Below are positions 57,411 to 64,000 of a stretch of 64,000 nucleotides of DNA, one piece after another. A model generated the notes under the pieces. That model was given only the letters and a program-made list of their open reading frames with translations, was not told the origin of the DNA and made no database searches. A program made the position numbers and the translations under genes. Every line of letters starts with the position of its first letter. Position 1 is the first letter of the stretch. This stretch comes from Rebecca billardiae RCC1528 (taxonomy: Eukaryota; Protista; Haptophyta), in the NCBI GenBank assembly GCA_965240325.2, contig OZ251239.1, positions 310,001 through 374,000 on the forward strand. The letters run 5' to 3'.

Positions 57411-57839
57411 ATGAGCTACCTGCTGCCGCACCTCAACTCGGGGTGGGCCGTGGACCAGGCCATCCTCTCCGAGGAGGACCGCGTGGTCGTCATCCGCTTC
57501 GGCCACGACTACGACCCCGTGTGCATGCGGATGGACGAGACGCTCTACTCGATCGCGGAGCTCGTGAAGAACTACGCCGTGGTGTACCTCGTGGATATCA
57601 CGCAGGTGCCCGATTTCAATTCGATGTACGAGCTCTACGATCCGTGCACGGTGATGTTCTTCTTCCGCAACAAGCACATCATGATCGACCTTGGCACAGG
57701 CAACAACAACAAGATCAACTGGGCGCTGACCGACAAGCAGGAGATGATCGACATTATTGAGACGATATATCGTGGCGCGCGGAAAGGGCGTGGTCTGGTG
57801 GTCAGCCCGAAGGACTACTCCACCAAGTACAGGTACTAG
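57411..57839 (+). CDS. DIM1: U5 snRNP thioredoxin-like protein Dim1/TXNL4A
   Basis: 142 aa from MSYLLPHL..VDQAILSEEDRVVVIRFGHD to GRGLVVSPKDYSTKYRY, a highly conserved sequence. Confidence 0.99.
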   Translation: MSYLLPHLNSGWAVDQAILSEEDRVVVIRFGHDYDPVCMRMDETLYSIAELVKNYAVVYLVDITQVPDFNSMYELYDPCTVMFFFRNKHIMIDLGTGNNNKINWALTDKQEMIDIIETIYRGARKGRGLVVSPKDYSTKYRY

Positions 57840-59337
57840 GGCCAGCTGTGGCCTTGCAGTGCACGGCTAGCGGCGCAGGACCGCAGCCGAGACTCTCAGG
57901 GGTCTGGCGCCGCAAGTCTTAGGGAGCCTGGTCTCGCGGTTCAAGGATGATGCGCCGTCAGCTTCAGTATTGATCTGCCGTCTGTGCCTGACACTGCTGC
58001 ACCGCGTGATCTTGAGATCGTCCAGGACGACACGCTTCTTGTCCATGCGGCACGCGGGCTGATAGTGTACGGTGACCGTGTCATAATCATTCGCCTCACG
58101 CCCTGCCCCTGGCCACGGTGCGCCGGGCCGCCGGGCGGGCCGGCCGGCGGTCTGCCAGTCCGACTCACTGACCGCGTCTGCGACCGTGCGGTCCGGCAGC
58201 GGACAGACACACGCCGGTCTGCACGGACATGAATGACAGACAGTCCGTAGCCTCGCGGTAAGCAGTGGCGACTCGCGGTCCGCCCGCGGCCGCGCGGCCG
58301 ATCACGGACACGATGACGATGCCCGCCGATTCGCCCGAGTTGCGCACTTGCGGATTGGCGATTGCCCGCCTGCCCGGAGTCGGCCGCCGGCGGACTCGGA
58401 TTGGTACTGCTGGGACAGGCAGCGCAACGACGACTCGGTCTGTCGGCAACTAACTAACTAGCTAGATCACTGGCACCGACAGTGGCGCTGGCCGGGATCT
58501 AGCACGCCGGTCATGCCGCAGCGGCGTCAGTGCAGTGATCTAGACGGTGCGATTCTGGTGCAAATAGCGAGATCACCTTGGAGATCGTGTATCTCCCCTA
58601 CTAATGTTGCCGAGATCGCGACGAGATTGAGGTCGTATATCTCCAGTATGTGACATTTTTTCGCATGAACTTGTCAGCGTGACCCCAGCTCGTTTCAGGC
58701 GAATATTGACATCCCGAAGTTTGAGAGCCTCATCTCAAGACGACAGGAAGTTGGATTTTGGGCCACGCACCCCCCAGTGGGGCTCTGACCCCTCTACTGA
58801 GTCAGTGCTGACTGACTGCTCGGCTAGCTAGTATTCTTTGAGAATTGAGTCCGGGCCCGCGACATCCGTTATCCGTCCCGGGTCGGGCCTCAGACCCAGT
58901 CACAGTGCGGCAGTGCCCTCAGGGACTCAGGCTCAAAGTGACCCGCCAGTCGGTCGGGCAGTCGGACTCCGCGACTACTCAGACTAGTCCGAGCGGCCGC
59001 CCTTCGGCTTCAGTCGCCGTCGGCGGCGGCGGGCCCGCCGCCGCGGCTCAGACAGGAGTGGGCCCAAGACAGCAACTGCAACGGGCAGGCGGACTGTAAC
59101 CAGCGTTCGCATTGCCAGCTGTACTGCTGCGCGGTGTGACAGGGCTCAGCACGGCCCGGATGGCCGCGTGCGCGTGGGCCTGCATCCATCCGTGACAGCT
59201 GGTCGCAATCAAAGTGACCAGGCAGCACGACCATCCGAGATATCCAGCTGCGACCCCAGCCAGCGCAGAGCCTGGCCTGCGCTGCTGGGTGCCTGCCTTC
59301 CTCCTGCGCGTGTGCGTGCGCGCGCGCGAGCGCCCGC

Positions 59338-59760
59338 CTACTTCCGCCACGTGTTGGTCAGGTCAGGCATGCGGAACTCCTGCGTGATCTCGAGATCGTC
59401 CAGGACGACGCGCTTCTTGTCCACGTCGTAGCGGCACTCGACGTAGCCCGAGAGCGGGAAGTCCTTGCGGAACGGGTGGTCCTTCATGCCGTAGTCCGTG
59501 AGGATGCGCCGCAAGTCCGGGTGGTCGCGGAAGAGGATGCCGTACAAGTCGTAGATCTCGCGCTCGAGCCAGTTGCACCCCTGGTACACGGAAGTGAGCG
59601 ATGGCAGAACCTCGTCCTCGGAGTGCAGCGCCTTGAGGCGCAGCCGCGTGTGGTACTTGACCGAGCGCAGTTCATAGTGCGTCTCGTACCACCGTGCGCC
59701 CTTTGACGCCTCCACCGCGCTCGTGCTGCTCAGCGCGCGCCGCGCGATGCGGCCGAGCAT
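59338..59760 (-). CDS. NDUFS3: complex I 30-kDa subunit (Nad9/NDUFS3), C-terminal portion only, with a mitochondrial-type presequence
   Basis: WLEREIYDLYG..HPDLRRILTDYG..HPFRKDFPLSGYVECRYD..QEFR; preceded only by MLGRIARRALSSTS. Confidence 0.9.
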   Translation of the reverse strand: MLGRIARRALSSTSAVEASKGARWYETHYELRSVKYHTRLRLKALHSEDEVLPSLTSVYQGCNWLEREIYDLYGILFRDHPDLRRILTDYGMKDHPFRKDFPLSGYVECRYDVDKKRVVLDDLEITQEFRMPDLTNTWRK

Positions 59761-60395
59761 GGCGCCCCAGTGAGCCGTCGACACCACTTGCGGCGCTTCG
59801 GCCTTGCGAGAAGCCGCTGGCGGAATCAGCATGGCGGCGCCCAAATATGGCAATTGCCAATACCCGTAGATGATAGTGAATCCCCGCCTGAGGCTTGAGT
59901 TGAGAGTGATCAGACGCAGTTTCGTGTTGCAAGTCTTCTAGATGTAACTACAGTTTACTAATCGAATAAGAGACGCAGACAGCTCAGGCAGTATGAGTAG
60001 GCATGCACTGATGCAGTTCTAGCTGACACTGACTGATCGACTAAGCCGGTCACTAGAGTACCGACGCAGCCGCGACGTCGCGGACACTCGGCGGCGCAGC
60101 ACGGCGGCAGCAGCATGTTCCAGCCCGTTCCAGGCCGGCGCGATCGACCGCTATCACCTCGGCGACGCCCGCGCCAACGGGCACGGCATGACGCATGTTG
60201 CATGCAAGACACCAAGTTGCAAGTCTTCACTTGCAAGACGTGACCCGCGGGGCCGCGGTCGTCGGACAGCCGTCGCCATCGCGCCACGCGTCGTGAATCC
60301 GTCATGGCATCGAGCGCCGTCGTGGCCGCACCTGCAAGTACCCTCTCGAAGCGGCGCTCTGGTGCCGATGACGAACGTCACGTTCACCGTTACGT

Positions 60396-61826
60396 TCACT
60401 CCTTGAGGACGAGCTTGGCGAGGTCGCGCGCGATCGCGTCGGTTGCGTCTGGCCGCGCGGCCGCCTGCGCGCGCACCTCCATCGCGCGCAGCGCGGCCTC
60501 GTCGGCGAGCCAGCCGGCGACGGTCTCGCCGATCTGCGCAGGCGACGACTTGAACACGCCAAACCCGGCCTCCTCCACGAAGTCGACGTTGCCCGCCTCC
60601 TGCCCGGGCAGGAACGAGGAGAGAACGGTGGGCAGGCCCATGGCCGCCGCCTCGGCAATCGTTCCGGGGCCCGCCTTCGAGACCATCGCGTCCGCCGCGG
60701 CCATGTAGCGCTCCATGTCGGAGACGAAGCCGACGGCGCGCACGCCCACGCCGGCGGGCCAGCTCGCGGCCTCGAGCTGCGCGCGCGCCGCCTCGTTGCG
60801 CCCGCATACCACCACCATCTGGGCGCCTCCTGGCACGCGCGCGAGCGCGGCGCCTGTCGCTGTTGCCACGTCTGCCAGGCCGCCCATCCCGTCACCTCCG
60901 CCGACGACGAGCACGGTGGGCAGCTCGGGGGAGAGCTCGAGGGCGGCGCGCACCTTGGCACGCTCGCCCACCCCCGTGCGCCCGCCCGCAAACGCCGGGC
61001 GGATGGGCAGCCCATGCTGCACAAGCTGAGGGGCGAGGCGCGCGCGCGGCGAGGCGCGGCCACGCAAGGCGGGGGAGGGTGCGTGCGCGGCGCGGCGGCG
61101 GCGCGCGGCGCGTGAGTGCTCGCACGGCGCGGGCGCGGCGGCGCGCGCGCGGTGCGCGCGCGCGCGCACCTGCCCGTCGCGCAGCCCCGCGTCCTTCGCG
61201 AGCTTGCGCAGCGCGTCGCTCGGCACGAAGCACGCGTCCACCTCTCGGTGGAACCAGGTGGGGTGGGCTGAGCCGAGGTCCGTGACGACGGTGGCGAACG
61301 GCGTGGTGCGCGTGCCGCCGTCGAGGCGCGCGAGCGCGCGCAGGGGCGCGCCTTGGAGGAGCGGGTGCACCGAGACCACGCAGTCGGGCCGCGGCGACGC
61401 GCCGATCAGCTCCTCGCACGCGCGGCCGAGCGCGATCTCGGTCGAAATCTCGTGCAGGCACTGGCCGGGCGGCGACCCGCCCGCCTCGAAGACCGCCGCC
61501 CAGAGGGGCGGGTTCGCGGCGAGCCATTTGTACAGGTCAGGGAATCCGCTGTACGGCGGCACGCCCGACTCGACGAACACGTCGACCAGGTCGCACTCCA
61601 CGCGGCCCGGGTACAGACCCTCGAGGGCACCCTTGAGCGCGAGCGCCGATGCGCGGTGCCCGCCGCCCGTGTCCGAGAAGAGGAAGCGCACGCGCTTGGC
61701 GGCGGAGGCGGCGGCGTAGAGCGCGGCGCGCGGCGTGGTGGCGCGCGCTCGCACAGAGGACGCCACCCGCGCGCCCTCGCACGCGCCGAGGAGCAGCAGC
61801 GCGACCGGCCAGACACGAGCCGCCAT
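60396..61826 (-). CDS. MGD: monogalactosyldiacylglycerol synthase (GT28); intron 61026-61169
   Basis: SDTGGGHRASA, VSVHPLLQ, FATVVTDL, GLPIRPAF, VGGGDGMG, KAGPGTIAEA, PGQEAGNV; signal peptide. Confidence 0.95.
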   Translation of the reverse strand: MAARVWPVALLLLGACEGARVASSVRARATTPRAALYAAASAAKRVRFLFSDTGGGHRASALALKGALEGLYPGRVECDLVDVFVESGVPPYSGFPDLYKWLAANPPLWAAVFEAGGSPPGQCLHEISTEIALGRACEELIGASPRPDCVVSVHPLLQGAPLRALARLDGGTRTTPFATVVTDLGSAHPTWFHREVDACFVPSDALRKLAKDAGLRDGQVRARAHRARAAAPAPCEHSRAARRRRAAHAPSPALRGRASPRARLAPQLVQHGLPIRPAFAGGRTGVGERAKVRAALELSPELPTVLVVGGGDGMGGLADVATATGAALARVPGGAQMVVVCGRNEAARAQLEAASWPAGVGVRAVGFVSDMERYMAAADAMVSKAGPGTIAEAAAMGLPTVLSSFLPGQEAGNVDFVEEAGFGVFKSSPAQIGETVAGWLADEAALRAMEVRAQAAARPDATDAIARDLAKLVLKE

Positions 61827-61898
61827 CCTCGCCCAAATTGCCGGCCGTCCCGGTAGGCCTGACGGCCTGACCACTCCACTTGGGCCCGGCAGTTTGGG

Positions 61899-63470
61899 CA
61901 AGGGAGGTCCGGGCCGGGAGCTCCCAGCGAGCGGCCAGCGCGACCAGGGCTCAAAGATCCGGTGCTCGGTACGCGTACCGGTGCACCGGCGCCGCAGGCG
62001 CCGGTGTACCGGTACACCGGTGCGCGCACCGCGGGGGGGTCCGGGGGGGTGTCCCCCCCGGGGCCCCGCCGGCCCGAGGCGAAGAAAATTTTTGGGCCTA
62101 TTTACTGATATAAATAGCCCAATTATTCAGGACGAAATCGGCCGGCGTATTCGCCTTCCCTGAGTCGGGGCACGGCCTGAGAGTGCCAGCAGTGACTACT
62201 CAGTCTCAGTACTCCGACCTCGGACACTGACAAGTGACAGCTCCGCGAGTAGTCCGTACTCGCGGGTGCTGTGGTCCGGGCGCACACGACCCCTCCCGGA
62301 CTCTCACCGGTGCGCGGCAGTTTGTGGCGGTGCGTACCGGTACGCACCGGTACGCACCGGTACGGTATTTACCGGTGTCCGGTGTACCGTCTTGGAGCCC
62401 TGAGCGCGACATCACCTCAAGGTTTTTTCCTGAGCGCCGGGCGGCAGCGGCGGCGAGGGCGGTGCTCCGCTGGCGGGGCGCGCACGGGGCACGGCGCTGC
62501 GGGCGCGGATGTGCCCGCAGAGCCGGCGCGTGCGGACGGGCTGTTGCGGGAGAGCATCTGGCGCCCTCCTGCGCCGCGCGCATTGCGCCACGCCTCTTTC
62601 GCCTTGACTCAGGGCAGCGCGCACATGCGCGCCGCGTCAAGGCCAGCCTTGCCGCGCCGCAGCCGACCGCGCGCGCGCCGTGCGCGGCGTGGTCGGGAAG
62701 GAACGGGCGTGGCTGCCGGGCGAGATGGCGACATCACGTGCGCACGCCATGCCGCCCCGCCACGCCTTGACGAGCGTGTCGCCGGTCCGTTTGCACGCCT
62801 CTTCGAGTTGTCTCAAATGGTCTGCACGGCCTCGCGGTCGCGACCCTTGTCGGGACGATCATTGAGACACAGAACAGTGCCAGACGGGCACGCGGACTAC
62901 TCTTACATGAATGTCCATCACCACGTGGCCATGTAGAAGTGCTGGGTGCGACGCTTTCCTCGCGCTGATACACTTTCATCATCTTTTTCGAGCTCAGGTC
63001 TGGCTTCAGGCACGGCAAGAAATCAGCACTCGTCAACAGCTGTGCGGATCCGTTATCGCGCCCTTTCGCGGCGCCGCGGGACGACATGGCGTGCGCACGT
63101 GATGTCGCCATCTCGCCCGGCAGCCGCGCCCGTTCCTTCCCGACCACGCCGCGCACGGCGCGCGTGCGGTCGGCTGCGGCGCGGCAAGGCTGGCCTTGAC
63201 GCAGCGCGCATGTGCGCGCTGCCCTGAGTCAAGGCGAAAGAGGCGTGGCGCAATGCGCGCGGCGCAGGAGGGCGCCAGATGCTCTCCCGCAACAGCCCGT
63301 CCGCACGCGCCGGCTCTGCGGACACATCCGCGCCCGCAGCGCCGTGCCCCGTGCGCGCCCCGCCAGCGGAGCACCGCCCTCGCCGCCGCTGCCGCCCGGC
63401 GCTCAGGAAAAACCTTGAGGTGATGTCGCGCTGGCCGCTCGCTGGGAGCTCCCGGCCCGGACCTCCCTTG
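61899..63470. mobile_element. long-TIR non-autonomous element, CAAGG..CCTTG ends, 7-bp TSD (P/Galileo-like)
   Basis: TSD GTTTGGG at 61892-61898 and 63471-63477; arms 61899-61944 plus 62403-~62752 match ~63080-63470 inverted. Confidence 0.85.
61945..62402. mobile_element. hAT-type MITE nested in the left TIR of the previous element
   Basis: TIR CAGGGCTCAAAGA / TCTTGGAGCCCTG; 8-bp TSD AGCGCGAC at 61937-61944 and 62403-62410; subterminal ACCGGT repeats; empty site in the opposite arm. Confidence 0.92.
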
Positions 63471-63569
63471 GTTTGGGGCATCACAAAGAAACAAACTAAG
63501 TATGAGTACTAGGGGGTCGTACAGTAACGATACTTGTACTTGTGCAAGTAAACGGATCATGCACACGAA

Positions 63570-63675
63570 CCCCGCCTGGACCAGGCTGGGAGAGAGGAGC
63601 TACGAGTGGCCGACCGGACGATCCCCGCCTGGACCAGGCTGGGAGAGAGGAGCTACCGAGTGGCCGACCGGACGA
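63570..63675. repeat. tandem duplication, two ~53-bp units
   Basis: CCCCGCCTGGACCAGGCTGGGAGAGAGGAGCTAC(C)GAGTGGCCGACCGGACGA twice. Confidence 0.95.
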
Positions 63676-64000
63676 GAGTGTATAGTCATACTATGCATAA
63701 GCAGGCAGCCTTAGGCTCACTCCCGCGCAGTGAGTGCCCGACTCTGAATGAAGTCTGAGTCTATCTACAGGTCCGGTAGGCGCCAAGGCGGTACTACGGA
63801 GTACGCCTCACCGATTCCCGCCCGTGACTCTAATCATCATTGAATGATTGATTGATCTGCATGATATCAGTCGGCAGTGACTGTATGTACTGTAATCTCG
63901 CCTGCCTGAGCTGTGTGCGACGTCTCGATTCTTCTTAGTAGTTTGTCTTGCAGCTTGATGAGCGATCAGCGAACCGCATTGCCCGCAGACACGACGACGA

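Noticed and set aside
59338-59853. Recent NUMT of mitochondrial nad9
   Set aside because: Codon usage is nuclear-like and GC-rich, the frame is intact, it has a presequence-like leader, and no other mtDNA is adjacent.

Overview
Very GC-rich eukaryotic nuclear DNA: short GTGCG..CAG spliceosomal introns, a DIM1 spliceosomal gene, and proteins with signal+transit peptides, including MGDG synthase. This fits an alga with a complex plastid, most plausibly a haptophyte such as a Pavlovales species (inference only). About 17 recognisable genes are present: PQ-loop protein, Rieske oxygenase, sterol-desaturase/fatty-acid-hydroxylase, EF-hand K2P channel, mu-like GST, Patched/NPC1-like protein with an ShK domain, RWP-RK factor, two EamA transporters, three Pho80/U-type cyclin paralogs, F-box/RCC1 protein, S28 peptidase, DIM1, a partial Nad9/NDUFS3 and MGD. 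The most unusual observations are: (1) a nuclear gene encoding only the C-terminal part of complex I Nad9 behind its own mitochondrial-type presequence (candidate split subunit); (2) an 8-kb foldback palindrome with two mirror-image arrays of 13 x 214-bp units; (3) a head-to-head cyclin gene palindrome with signs of gene conversion; (4) a long-TIR element with a 7-bp TSD carrying a nested hAT MITE in the MGD promoter; (5) non-coding DNA that appears to decay by many small templated insertions and perfect hairpins. All coordinates and alignments were read by eye; no searches were run.
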